Source of the DNA: an uncultured bacterium
Lineage (GTDB): Bacteria > Chloroflexota > UBA5177 > JANWHV01
DNA: 64,000 nucleotides
Assembly: GCA_963827235.1 (NCBI GenBank)
Contig: CAWHAE010000019.1
Location: forward strand, 32,001 to 96,000
Direction: 5' to 3'
The notes below the pieces were generated by a model that saw only the letters and a list, made by a program, of their open reading frames with translations, was not told the DNA's origin and ran no database searches. The translations under genes and the position numbers were made by a program. This document shows positions 18,496-27,845 of the stretch, one piece after another. How positions within the stretch are numbered: position 1 is the stretch's first letter; each line of letters opens with the position of its first letter.

Positions 18496-20652
18496 TTAGG
18501 CAGCGGCACCATCCGCCACCAAGTCATCCCCCTCAGGCAGCTCTGCAGCGCCCCGCGAGGGCAGCACTCGCAGGAGCCGCGCCGGAAAGGCCGGCAGCCA
18601 CCAGTTCCAGCGCCCAAACAGGGCGACCAGGGCCGGAACCAGGAGCATGCGGACGACGGTGGCATCGAGAAGGACACCGGCTGCCAGGCCGGTGGCGAAG
18701 ATTTTGATGGTGGTTTCCGGGCCGGAGCCAAGCGCGGCGAAGGCCAGGAAGAGGATCAGCGCTGCACTGGTCACCAACCTTCCTGTAGTGCCCACACCCC
18801 GCACCACCGCCGCGTTCGTACGACCGGTGGTGTCGTATTCCTCGCGCATGCGGCTAAGAATGAACACCTCATAGTCCATGGAGATGCCGAAGAGGAAGGC
18901 GAAGACCATCAATGGGACGAAGCTGGTGATCGAGCCCGTGGCCTGAATACCCCAGATGGTCTGTGAGCCGAACCCGTCCTGCCAGACCAGCACCAGGATC
19001 CCCCAGGAGGCCGCGACCGACACCAGGACCAGCACGACGGCCTTGAGCGGCAACAGGATAGAGCGGAATGCACGTGCCAAGAGCACGAAAGTGACGAGCA
19101 CGATCAAGCCGATCATCAGCGGGAAGCTGCCGTACACCGCGGTGATGAAGTCGGCGTTCTCCGCACCAGCGCCGCCAATCCGCACGCTGCCAGATTCAGC
19201 ACGCGCCGCCTGGCGTATGCGATCCAGGGTGGTCCGTCCCGCGCTGGAGCTGCCGTCCGCGGTCGGCAAGGCAACCACGAGTGAGGTGCCGGCTTGGCGC
19301 CAGCCCGAAGTTCCCGGCGCCACGGCACCGCGGACCCCAGATACCTGGCCAAGCCTGAGGGCCACCGACTGTGGGTTGGCGTTCGCTACCAGGATCTCGA
19401 AGGGATTGAGAGCACCGGGCCCAATACCGGCCTGTTCCAAGGCGGACAGACCCTGGTAGGCCTCACCTGCTTTGGCCAGCGAACTGGCCTTTGGGTCGCC
19501 GATATTGAGCGAGAGGGCGGGAATGGCCAGAGCGGCCAGGATCGCGATGGCCACGCCCGCCGTCAGCAAGCGGCGCCGCACCACCAGAGCGCCCCAGGCC
19601 GTCCAGAAGCGGTTCGTACGCGGTTTGCTGCGCCGTGGCCAGTCGATGCGCGGTCCGAGTGTCTTCAACACGACGGGCAACAGGGTGGTGGCGACCAGCA
19701 CGCTCACGAGCGGAATCAACATGCCGCCGTAGCCGACGCTGCGCAGGAAGGGTAGCGGAAGCACGACCAGTGCCAAGAGGCCGACCGCAACCGTCGTGCC
19801 GCTAAAGATCACGGAAGTCCCGGCAGTCTCCATGGCCCGCTGGACTGCCGACGTGTTGTCGAGCCCGCGAGCCCGCTCTTCACGCCAGCGCATCACGATG
19901 AGCAGCGAATAGTCGATGGCGATGCCCAGCCCGATCAGTGCGACGAGAAACTCGACGATGAACGACACGTCGGTGACTCTTGTGAAGCCCCAGATCAGAA
20001 GGAAAGTAGTTGGAATCGCCACGACAGCGATCAAGATCGGTACCAGGGCCAGGAACGAGCCGAAGACGATCGCCAGCACGATCAGCGCCCCGATGCCGCC
20101 CAGCAGGGCTTCCACGAGGACACTCGGGCCGCTGCCGCCGCCACCGCTCTCCAGCGCGCCGGTGCCGGTGATGTCGAAGTGCGCGCCGGCAACAGTGAAG
20201 TGCGAAAGTATCTGGCGGACAGTAGGCAGCGTGGCATCGGCGGCGAAGCCGACCGGCTGGGGTCCGTAGATGAGACCGAAGGTGGTATGCCGGTCTGTGG
20301 AGACAAACAGGCTGCTTCCGGTTGAGGCGAACGACACCGATCGCGTCCGAGGGAGTGCGGCCTGCACGGCGTCGAAGGCGGCGCCGAGCTGAGCGCGCAC
20401 GCCCGGGCTGTCGACCGTCACAGAGGACGGCAACGCGATGACCGGGACGAGCGGTGGTGTCTGGCCGCCGTTGCCGTAGACCTGCAGGATACGTTGGTTG
20501 GTCTGGTAACCAGCCCCGCCGGGGACCGAGAACTGGTAGGATAGCGCGTTGTTGGCCGACTGCAGTGAAAGGATCGCCGCGACCGTGACGAGCAGCCAGA
20601 ACACGGCGACTAACCGGCTATGTGCGAGCATCCAGCGTGTAAACGTGGCCAC
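18496..20652 (-). CDS. MMPL family (RND) transporter
   Basis: GLGIAIDYSL..RWREE, GISMDYEVFILSRMREE, DATVVRMLLVPA; AAGGAG RBS before GTG 20652. Confidence 0.93.
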   Translation of the reverse strand: MATFTRWMLAHSRLVAVFWLLVTVAAILSLQSANNALSYQFSVPGGAGYQTNQRILQVYGNGGQTPPLVPVIALPSSVTVDSPGVRAQLGAAFDAVQAALPRTRSVSFASTGSSLFVSTDRHTTFGLIYGPQPVGFAADATLPTVRQILSHFTVAGAHFDITGTGALESGGGGSGPSVLVEALLGGIGALIVLAIVFGSFLALVPILIAVVAIPTTFLLIWGFTRVTDVSFIVEFLVALIGLGIAIDYSLLIVMRWREERARGLDNTSAVQRAMETAGTSVIFSGTTVAVGLLALVVLPLPFLRSVGYGGMLIPLVSVLVATTLLPVVLKTLGPRIDWPRRSKPRTNRFWTAWGALVVRRRLLTAGVAIAILAALAIPALSLNIGDPKASSLAKAGEAYQGLSALEQAGIGPGALNPFEILVANANPQSVALRLGQVSGVRGAVAPGTSGWRQAGTSLVVALPTADGSSSAGRTTLDRIRQAARAESGSVRIGGAGAENADFITAVYGSFPLMIGLIVLVTFVLLARAFRSILLPLKAVVLVLVSVAASWGILVLVWQDGFGSQTIWGIQATGSITSFVPLMVFAFLFGISMDYEVFILSRMREEYDTTGRTNAAVVRGVGTTGRLVTSAALILFLAFAALGSGPETTIKIFATGLAAGVLLDATVVRMLLVPALVALFGRWNWWLPAFPARLLRVLPSRGAAELPEGDDLVADGAAA

Positions 20653-20785
20653 GAAAGACTGTCTCCTTTGTATAACCGGAGCCGATTGGTTCGGCGGTGA
20701 CGAGCGTCTCCGCCGGGTGCCGCCGCGCCTGGAACTTGCCTCTACCCGCGCCCGACTACCATCAACATACCTGAGTCTCGTCAAG

Positions 20786-20807
20786 TTGACTAATTTTTCT
20801 TAGTCAA
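20786..20807. promoter_or_regulatory. Palindromic operator TTGACTAA-N6-TTAGTCAA (copy 1, upstream of the MMPL gene)
   Basis: Perfect 8-bp AT-rich inverted repeat, near-identical to 27802-27823. Confidence 0.75.
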
Positions 20808-20886
20808 TACATCCAAGGTCGTGGACGATCCAACCCTCCGCGTTGAGCTGGCGCATCCGCGCATCGACGATGGGATAGCCCGTCGC

Positions 20887-22374
20887 TTACGGTTGTCCGA
20901 GGTCCTGGCGAATGCGCTGTGCCACGAGCCGAGCACCAATCACCACCATCGGTACGCCGCCGCCTGGGACCGTCCCAGCACCCACGAAGTACAGGCCGTC
21001 GAGGGCCTTGGCCTTGTTATGCGGCCGCATGTACCCGACCTGGAAGAAATCGTGAGCCAGCCCGAAGGTTGCCCCGTGGCGCAGGTGATACGAGTCGGCC
21101 CAGTCGGGCGGCGTGACCATCTTCTCCACCACGATGTGCTTGCGTATGTCCGGCGCTGCTACCGATTCGACGCGGTCGAGCACCAACTCTCTGTAGCGCG
21201 GACCCTCGGCCGCCCAGTCCATGCCCTCGTAAATCCGAGGCACGGGAACGAGAACGTAGACCGAGTCCGCGCCGGCCGGAGCCATCGCCGGATCGGTGCG
21301 GGTCACGCAGTGCACGTAGAAGGAGGGATCCAGGGGCAGGCGATGCCGTTTGAAGATCTGGTCGAAGTTCTCCTCCGTATCCTTGGCAAGGAATACGTTG
21401 TGATGGAAGAGGCCGTCGTAGACCTTGTCGACGCCGAGGTACAACATGAGGGCCGAACAGCCGTAGCGCAGGCGCTCCAGCCGCGCTTCGGTATAGGGCG
21501 CGCGATACCGAGGCGGCACCAGCGAGCTGTAGCTGTGAGGGAGGTCTGCATTGCAGATGACGACGTCTGCTTCCAGTTCGCTGCCGTCCACCAAACGCAC
21601 GCCCGAGGCGCGGCCGTTCCTCACGGTGATCTCCTGCGCCTCGCAGCCGAGACGCAGGTCACCGCCCAGTTCCGCGAGGAGCCGCACGAGCGCGCGTGGA
21701 ATGCTGTACATGCCGCCCATGGGGTACCAGATGCCGTCGCGGATCTCCGTGTACGACAGCAAGGAGTAGATCGCCGGCGCGTCGGACGGCGCCAGGCCCA
21801 GATACATCGTCTGGAACGTGAGCGCCAGGCGAAGGCGCGGATCCTTGAAATAGCGGGCGGCGAAGTTCGTGAGCGGGGTCAAGGCATTCAGCCGCGTCAT
21901 GTAGTAGAGATTCGCCGGCGTGAAGAACTCGGCCCAATTGCGGAAGTTGCGGTCGGTGAAGCGCTGCCGTGACACACGGTACTTGTAGCCGGCGTCGGCG
22001 AGAAAGCGCAGATACTGGTCGCCTGCTCCCGGCTCCATGGCCTCGAGCTGACGGCGCATGGCCGCCTCGTCACTCGACATATCGAGCTGTGCACCATCGC
22101 CAAAGCGAATCCGGTAGTTGAAGGGCAGCCGGACGAGCTCGAGGTACTCGCCGATATCCCTACCCACCGACCGGAACAGCTCGCGCAGCGTATCCACCAT
22201 CAGAAGAATCGACGGCCCTGTATCGAAGGTAAAGCCGGCCTCGGCGTAGGTGTTGCAGCGACCCCCAGGTGTTGAATTCTTCTCCAGCACGGTGACGTCG
22301 TAGCCCTGGCGTTGCAGTCGAACCGCCGTTGCCAGGCCTCCCAGCCCGGCGCCAATTACAATTGCTCGCTTCAT
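20887..22374 (-). CDS. crtI: Phytoene desaturase
   Basis: IVIGAGLGGL FAD motif, GFTFDTGPS, GIWYPMGGM, LYFVGAGTVPGGGVPMV. Alternative start at 22392. Confidence 0.93.
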   Translation of the reverse strand: MKRAIVIGAGLGGLATAVRLQRQGYDVTVLEKNSTPGGRCNTYAEAGFTFDTGPSILLMVDTLRELFRSVGRDIGEYLELVRLPFNYRIRFGDGAQLDMSSDEAAMRRQLEAMEPGAGDQYLRFLADAGYKYRVSRQRFTDRNFRNWAEFFTPANLYYMTRLNALTPLTNFAARYFKDPRLRLALTFQTMYLGLAPSDAPAIYSLLSYTEIRDGIWYPMGGMYSIPRALVRLLAELGGDLRLGCEAQEITVRNGRASGVRLVDGSELEADVVICNADLPHSYSSLVPPRYRAPYTEARLERLRYGCSALMLYLGVDKVYDGLFHHNVFLAKDTEENFDQIFKRHRLPLDPSFYVHCVTRTDPAMAPAGADSVYVLVPVPRIYEGMDWAAEGPRYRELVLDRVESVAAPDIRKHIVVEKMVTPPDWADSYHLRHGATFGLAHDFFQVGYMRPHNKAKALDGLYFVGAGTVPGGGVPMVVIGARLVAQRIRQDLGQP

Positions 22375-22429
22375 TGCCCTTTTTTTGCCCATCCTCCGGC
22401 AGGTTCCGGATTATCGCCCTCAGCGACTT

Positions 22430-22774
22430 CTAGTCAGAGGTCATCGCCTGGACACTCCAGCGCTTCAGAAAAAGGTCGCGGAGCAACAGCACGGACTGCA
22501 CGACCATCAGGTTCGTGAGCAAGAAGAAGACGGCCTCCTCGATCGGCACATCACCCACCAGGAGTCCCACGACGCGGTCGGCGTGCAGCGTCCAGATCCC
22601 GGAATGTATTGCCACGCCATCCGCGGCCGAGAGATACACGGTCGGCAGCCCAGCGGCGACGGCAATCAGTCGCAGTCGGCCCAGCAGGACCCGCAGGCCG
22701 ACGAGCCAGTGCACGATCAGCACTGGCGCCGCCCAGCCCAGTTCGAAGACGAGATATGTGGCGTGACCAAACAC
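22430..22774 (-). CDS. Lycopene cyclase domain protein (heterodimeric CrtYc/Yd-type subunit)
   Basis: Small TM protein with D..AI.SGIW and VPIEEAVFF, adjacent to crtI. Confidence 0.88.
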   Translation of the reverse strand: MFGHATYLVFELGWAAPVLIVHWLVGLRVLLGRLRLIAVAAGLPTVYLSAADGVAIHSGIWTLHADRVVGLLVGDVPIEEAVFFLLTNLMVVQSVLLLRDLFLKRWSVQAMTSD

Positions 22775-22777
22775 GGG

Positions 22778-23092
22778 CTACCGCGTCCGAGAAGTCTGCC
22801 GTTGCAGCAGCCATATCGTGAAAAGACCGGTCATCGCCACTTGCAGGATGTAGAAGACGTACTCCTCGAACGGCACGACGCCTACTACGGCGCCGATCAC
22901 ATGGGTGCGGCCGAACGACCAGACGCCGTTTCGAATGAGCGCGTTATCCCATGGCGCGGTATAAGCCAGGGCCACCAGCGTGGTGAATGCCGCCACCGGC
23001 CACGCCCAGGCCGGAACGCGCCCACGCAGCGCGACGAGCAGGCCACCGATCGGCACGACCAGGAACAAGGCCAGGAACGCGAAGTAGCTCAT
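22778..23092 (-). CDS. Lycopene cyclase domain protein (second subunit)
   Basis: YTAPWDNALIRNGVWSF and VPFEEYVFY. Confidence 0.88.
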   Translation of the reverse strand: MSYFAFLALFLVVPIGGLLVALRGRVPAWAWPVAAFTTLVALAYTAPWDNALIRNGVWSFGRTHVIGAVVGVVPFEEYVFYILQVAMTGLFTIWLLQRQTSRTR

Positions 23093-23171
23093 GCCTGACT
23101 CCCTCTCACGAAATGACAGAGTAGCGCGGTGCGGCCGCCGCAGACCGGCAGCTCAGTGTGATCACGGCGAT

Positions 23172-23873
23172 TTACGTCCCCGCACGACGTGTCGCCTTCA
23201 GCATGATGTGGTAGGACAGGCGGCCGCACCGAAGGTGATCCTCGGCTATGTAAGCCCCGTAGTACAGATAGGCCAGGCGGTCGTAGAGCGCCTGGCTGCG
23301 GAAAAGGCCTTTGCCCAGCGCCAACATCGCCAGGTTCAGGAGCTCTACCATGCCCAACCCGGTCCGCTCGACTTGTTCCACGACGAACTGCGGCGACAGC
23401 AGGCGTCGCAGGTCGGCTTCGCCGTAATGGCGATGAAAGGGATACCCGCCTGCAATCACTTCCTCCGGCGGATGGGATCCGCCGCCGGCGAAAAAGTCCC
23501 ACACGTTGAGCGAATCCAGCCACCGGAAGATGCCCTTGTGCGGGACGCTGAGAATCAGTTTGCCGCCAGGGCGCAGCACCCTGGCGATCTCTTCGAGTAC
23601 CGGTTGCTCGCGTCGCACGTGTTCCAGCACGTCGAGCAGCAGCACTGCATTGAAACAGGCATCGGGAAACGGCAGGGATTCCGCACGGGCCACTTCGAAG
23701 GGAATGCCCGGGTAACGGCGCCACGCGCGCTCGACGAAGGCGATCGACGCGTCCACGCCGCGAACCTCGTGCCGGCGCGCGACCAAGGCGGTGCCGTAAC
23801 CGAATGCGCAGCCAACATCGAGCACACGGCCGCCATCTTCCAACTGCCGCACGGCGCGCTGCCATCGTGCCAT
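23172..23873 (-). CDS. Class I SAM-dependent methyltransferase
   Basis: VLDVGCAFG, LPFPDACF, DVLEHV, RVLRPGG. Confidence 0.9.
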   Translation of the reverse strand: MARWQRAVRQLEDGGRVLDVGCAFGYGTALVARRHEVRGVDASIAFVERAWRRYPGIPFEVARAESLPFPDACFNAVLLLDVLEHVRREQPVLEEIARVLRPGGKLILSVPHKGIFRWLDSLNVWDFFAGGGSHPPEEVIAGGYPFHRHYGEADLRRLLSPQFVVEQVERTGLGMVELLNLAMLALGKGLFRSQALYDRLAYLYYGAYIAEDHLRCGRLSYHIMLKATRRAGT

Positions 23874-23879
23874 CTCTGC

Positions 23880-25994
23880 CTACTCCTCTCCGCGAGCTAT
23901 TGTCGCCCGGGAAGATCCGGCCTGCATCGTGCTGCAGCCCGAGCCAATCCGGACCCGGGCGGCTACCGTGCCGCGGTTGCCCCCGGCTCGACCCCAGGTG
24001 TCATGGCCGGGCGCCGGTGCGGCGAACACGCCTCGGAGCCGCGGAGGAACAAGGGCGGCGATACCGTGCATGGCACCCGACCTCGCCCACGTGTCACGGG
24101 CCCCGCCGTCAGGCGCAGACAGAAGATCCGGCGCCCAGGCCGTGCCAAACTGTGCGTGCAGCGTGCCCCCGGATTCCCACACCGCGGCCGGCACAACCGC
24201 GACGCCGGAGCGATACAGCCGCAGAAGCAGCGAGCCGGTGCCGGGGAGCGCTTCTCGCAGGCCGGCGGTGCTGCCCTCAGATCCCTCGGGAAACAGCACG
24301 ATCGGCTCACCCTGTCCCCGGGGCGGCGGCAGCGCAAGTCGAAAAAGCCGGCGGAGTGCCACGGCCCGGCCGGCGACCGCGCGCGGATCAGTAGGCAGCG
24401 AGACCATGCTCCAGATTCGCGCGACGCGGCCCAGCAGCAATCCCGACCCGGGAACCGCGTGACCTCGCACACGCATGTCACCGATCACCGCGAAGTGCAC
24501 GCGTGACCTGTCCGGCCGGACACGGCGGATCTCACGAGCAAGGATGCCTCCCGCAAAGCCGATCCACAGGCCGCGACGCTGGTAGTGATTGGCGATCACT
24601 ACGAGGGCGCCGGTCTTGGGTACGTGATCCTGGCCAGAGACGACCGGTTGGCGCGGCCATGCGGCGAGCACGCGCTCGGCATCCTCCTCGATGGACCTGC
24701 GCGTGCCGTCCAGCAGACTGCGCGTCAAGCCCAGCCACAGCCAGAACGGGAGTGTATACTGGCGTGTCCCGTCCAGGCGGTAGCCGCGTCGAAGCGTCGG
24801 AGCGATGGCCATGGTTCTCATCCTTTCCTGTCGTGGTGCGAATGACGCCGTCGAGCGCTCATTTCGTCGGTAGGTGCGGCCCTTCCACCGCGAGCCGCGC
24901 CGCGTGAGAGTCCGAACCGCCGAATGCAAGGCAATCGTCTGGAAGACAATCGCCGAGGCGGGGTAGAAGAAAGCGCCAAACCGGCCGGCCTGGAACCGTC
25001 GCTGCCAAAACAGCATTCCACCCATGCCGACGCCGTAGCCGGCTAGCACCCAGAGCATGCGGATGCTGCCGCCCCGACGCCATGCGTGCCAGGCCAGTAT
25101 AGGCAAGGCCGTATTGGCGGTGACGCTCGCGGCCGTGACTGCGCCCCCGCCGGGATCTGCCGCCACAAAGCGAAAAGAGTTCTTCGCGAAGCCAGACCAG
25201 ATGGCGCCAAGGCTGTCGTACATGCGCACGCTCGCCAGCCCTTCCCCGCGAGCCAGGAGAAGATTGAGTCCCGCGCGCCGGCACTGCTGCGCCAGGGCCA
25301 CATCTTCGATCAAGCTGCCGCGCACGGCCTCGTGGCCCCCGCTGCGCTTGTAGGCGCCGGCGCTCAAGAGTATCCACTGTCCGTTGGCTCGAGGACTCGA
25401 CGGCCGCGCCCCCGCGAAGTAGCGACTGTACGCATACGGCAGCAGCAGCCGCTCCCAGGCCGTGATGCAGCGCTGTTGCAGGAGCAGCGACAGCCCATCC
25501 AGATTGTGCGCGAGCACAAACGTCAGGCTGGCCTGCAGCGCCTGCGGAGATAGTGCGGTGTCGGCGTCGAGAAAGAGCAGCCACGGCTCGGTTGCAGCAG
25601 CCGCGCCAAGGTGGCAGGCAAAGGTCTTGCCTGTCCATCCAGCGGGCGGCCCGGGACAGCGGATCACCAGCGACGCCGCCTTTTCGGCAAGGGCGCCGGT
25701 CCCGTCCTCGGACTGATCGTCGACGACGATGATCTGGGCCGGCTTCACCGATTGAGCGGCAAGGGACGCGAGCAGCGTGGGCAGGCGGTGCGCTTCGTTA
25801 CGCGCGGGAATGATCACCGAGATGGGCGACGGAAGGTCGTCGCTGGCCACGCGCTCGTCCACACCACCAACGACAGGGAGCCGAGCATAGTTGCGACGCG
25901 CCAGACCGGCGGTCAGCGCTTCCCAGGCCAGAAGGCCCGCAAGAAGAAGCTGCTCCCAGTTCTGCATGGTCCGGGCGTTCCCGCGGCGTATCAC
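23880..25994 (-). CDS. GT2 carotenoid glycosyltransferase (CrtQ/CruC-like) fused to a PlsC-like acyltransferase domain
   Basis: SVIIPARNE, VVDDQSEDGT, GWTGK..AC, FLDADT, EDVALA, RMY, WKGR; then VVIANH and LFPEG. Confidence 0.85.
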   Translation of the reverse strand: MIRRGNARTMQNWEQLLLAGLLAWEALTAGLARRNYARLPVVGGVDERVASDDLPSPISVIIPARNEAHRLPTLLASLAAQSVKPAQIIVVDDQSEDGTGALAEKAASLVIRCPGPPAGWTGKTFACHLGAAAATEPWLLFLDADTALSPQALQASLTFVLAHNLDGLSLLLQQRCITAWERLLLPYAYSRYFAGARPSSPRANGQWILLSAGAYKRSGGHEAVRGSLIEDVALAQQCRRAGLNLLLARGEGLASVRMYDSLGAIWSGFAKNSFRFVAADPGGGAVTAASVTANTALPILAWHAWRRGGSIRMLWVLAGYGVGMGGMLFWQRRFQAGRFGAFFYPASAIVFQTIALHSAVRTLTRRGSRWKGRTYRRNERSTASFAPRQERMRTMAIAPTLRRGYRLDGTRQYTLPFWLWLGLTRSLLDGTRRSIEEDAERVLAAWPRQPVVSGQDHVPKTGALVVIANHYQRRGLWIGFAGGILAREIRRVRPDRSRVHFAVIGDMRVRGHAVPGSGLLLGRVARIWSMVSLPTDPRAVAGRAVALRRLFRLALPPPRGQGEPIVLFPEGSEGSTAGLREALPGTGSLLLRLYRSGVAVVPAAVWESGGTLHAQFGTAWAPDLLSAPDGGARDTWARSGAMHGIAALVPPRLRGVFAAPAPGHDTWGRAGGNRGTVAARVRIGSGCSTMQAGSSRATIARGEE

Positions 25995-26006
25995 TGCGAT
26001 CGGCTT

Positions 26007-27518
26007 TCAGACATCGACGACGATCCGGTGATATCCGGTCGCGCCCGCCGGGTACACATCGCTGTCACGCTGGGCCTGCGCCACTCCCGTCCCGTCGTAG
26101 GCGCGAGCCTCCAGGGTCAGATGGCCGCGCGACGGCAGTACAAGCCGCCACTGCACCCAGGCAAATTGGGAAAGCGCCGGCACATCAAGTGCGGCGTCGA
26201 TCCAGGGACCGCTCCCCGCCCGCACCTGCACCCGGCGTATCCCCCGTTTCCCTGCGAAAGCGATGCCGGCGACGAGCGTGCCGCCTGCGGTTCTTCGCGC
26301 CAGGTCGATGCGCGCCGTCGTGTGCACCACGGCGCTCTCCGTCCAGCCCAGCTCCTGCCAGCTGCCCTTGAATGTATGGTCGACGAGCTCGACGTGCTCG
26401 ACCCACTTTATGCTCTTGAACCCGTAGCTACCGGGGATCAACATGCGAGCCGGGTAGCCGTGCCGTCGATCCAGATATTGGCCGTTCATGCCGTAGGCCA
26501 CGAGCACGGCGGGATCGAGGGCCAGCTCAAGCGGGATGCTGTCCGCCAGACCGTCCGCGGAACGCATCACGACCTCGGCGTCGGGGGTTAGCGGGCCTGC
26601 CGCCGAGAGCAGCGCGCGCAGCGGCACGCCGGTGAACTGCGCGCAGCTCATGAGCGGTCCGCCGACCGGATTGCTGACACACTCCTGCGTCACGTACTGG
26701 GATGTTGACGGCAGCGCCAGCAAGGTGTCAAAGGTGTAGACGTATGGGCGTTTGACCAGGCCGTCGACTCGCAAGCTCCAGCTCTCGTCGCCCAAATCGG
26801 GGTCGACAAGGTTCTTGGTCAGGTAGTAGAAGTTGTCGACGGCAGTCACTTCCGGCGTGATTCCCGGGATGTCGAAGCCATGCCTCCGCGGTCGAGGCGC
26901 ACTGAAGCCGGAGGTCTTGCCGCCGCGCGTCAGAACAGTGCGCGACTTGTACCAGGGCTCGACCAGCAGCAGGCCGGTCAACACCGTGGCGGCGCGTATG
27001 ATGCGGATGCCGTCGGAGATGACTGCTCGCCGTGGTCGCTTTCGCCCCGCCGGCTCCGCGCGCGGACCGCGATACGCGGTGATGTGGCGCCACGCCAGTA
27101 CTGCCGAGTACAGGGCTATCAGGACGGCGGGCGGCACGGGATCCAGCGGCGGGAACACGATGAACAAAGTGGCACAAAGCAGCAGCAATGCCGCCACTGG
27201 AGGCAGACAGGCAGGCAGCCTGCCGTGTGGGATGGCGGTGACAGCACCGACCAGTCCGCCCAGCACAAGACTGACGGCGAACCCGCCCAGCAGTGCGAGC
27301 GGGCGGGCAGCCGGGCCGAGACGCAGGATCAACTGCTGAGCAATATCAACAGGCGTTGCCAGCATAACCTTCTCGGCCAGCGGCTCCAACGCCCATGGCC
27401 AGTTGAACAATAGGCTCAGTCCGCTGGCAATTACCATGGCCGGTGCCATCGCCAGCATGCCGTTTCTGTATCCTTCCAGTACTTTCGTTTCTGTCCTATT
27501 TCTCGTCATCGACGCCAC
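26007..27518 (-). CDS. Membrane-anchored molybdopterin oxidoreductase, sulfite oxidase family
   Basis: TQECVSNPVGG (Moco Cys), AYGMNG..L...HGYPAR..IPG.YG.KSIKW, C-terminal dimerisation domain, N-terminal TM helices. Confidence 0.9.
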   Translation of the reverse strand: MASMTRNRTETKVLEGYRNGMLAMAPAMVIASGLSLLFNWPWALEPLAEKVMLATPVDIAQQLILRLGPAARPLALLGGFAVSLVLGGLVGAVTAIPHGRLPACLPPVAALLLLCATLFIVFPPLDPVPPAVLIALYSAVLAWRHITAYRGPRAEPAGRKRPRRAVISDGIRIIRAATVLTGLLLVEPWYKSRTVLTRGGKTSGFSAPRPRRHGFDIPGITPEVTAVDNFYYLTKNLVDPDLGDESWSLRVDGLVKRPYVYTFDTLLALPSTSQYVTQECVSNPVGGPLMSCAQFTGVPLRALLSAAGPLTPDAEVVMRSADGLADSIPLELALDPAVLVAYGMNGQYLDRRHGYPARMLIPGSYGFKSIKWVEHVELVDHTFKGSWQELGWTESAVVHTTARIDLARRTAGGTLVAGIAFAGKRGIRRVQVRAGSGPWIDAALDVPALSQFAWVQWRLVLPSRGHLTLEARAYDGTGVAQAQRDSDVYPAGATGYHRIVVDV

Positions 27519-27801
27519 GTCCGTGCAAAGACGACCTACCTCTCGAAGGTCAACCGATAGTTGGTGTAGGAAACCCGAGCCTCACGTACTACTGCTTGCT
27601 GCGGTATGCCATTTGCTTCCAGGGAGCGCACGACATCGAGCGCTTCCTGCACGCGTGGTGCCGCGCAACTGGGACGAGAACGACTAGCGGACAACACCCG
27701 CTCTGTCGATGACTTGAGTGGCGCTGCTCGGCAGAAGGCCAGAGACCGACGTCGCGGCGTTGACGAGCCATCTCCTACCAACGTACACGAGTTCACGAGT
27801 C

Positions 27802-27831
27802 TTGACTAATTTTATTTAGTCAACATACACT
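27802..27831 (+). promoter_or_regulatory. Operator copy 2 (27802-27823) overlapping a sigma70-like promoter TTGACT-N18-TACACT
   Basis: TTGACTAA-TTTTAT-TTAGTCAA lies in the divergent gap between the carH-crtB unit and the oxidoreductase-crtI unit. Confidence 0.78.
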
Positions 27832-27845
27832 GGTTGGTGGGGAGT

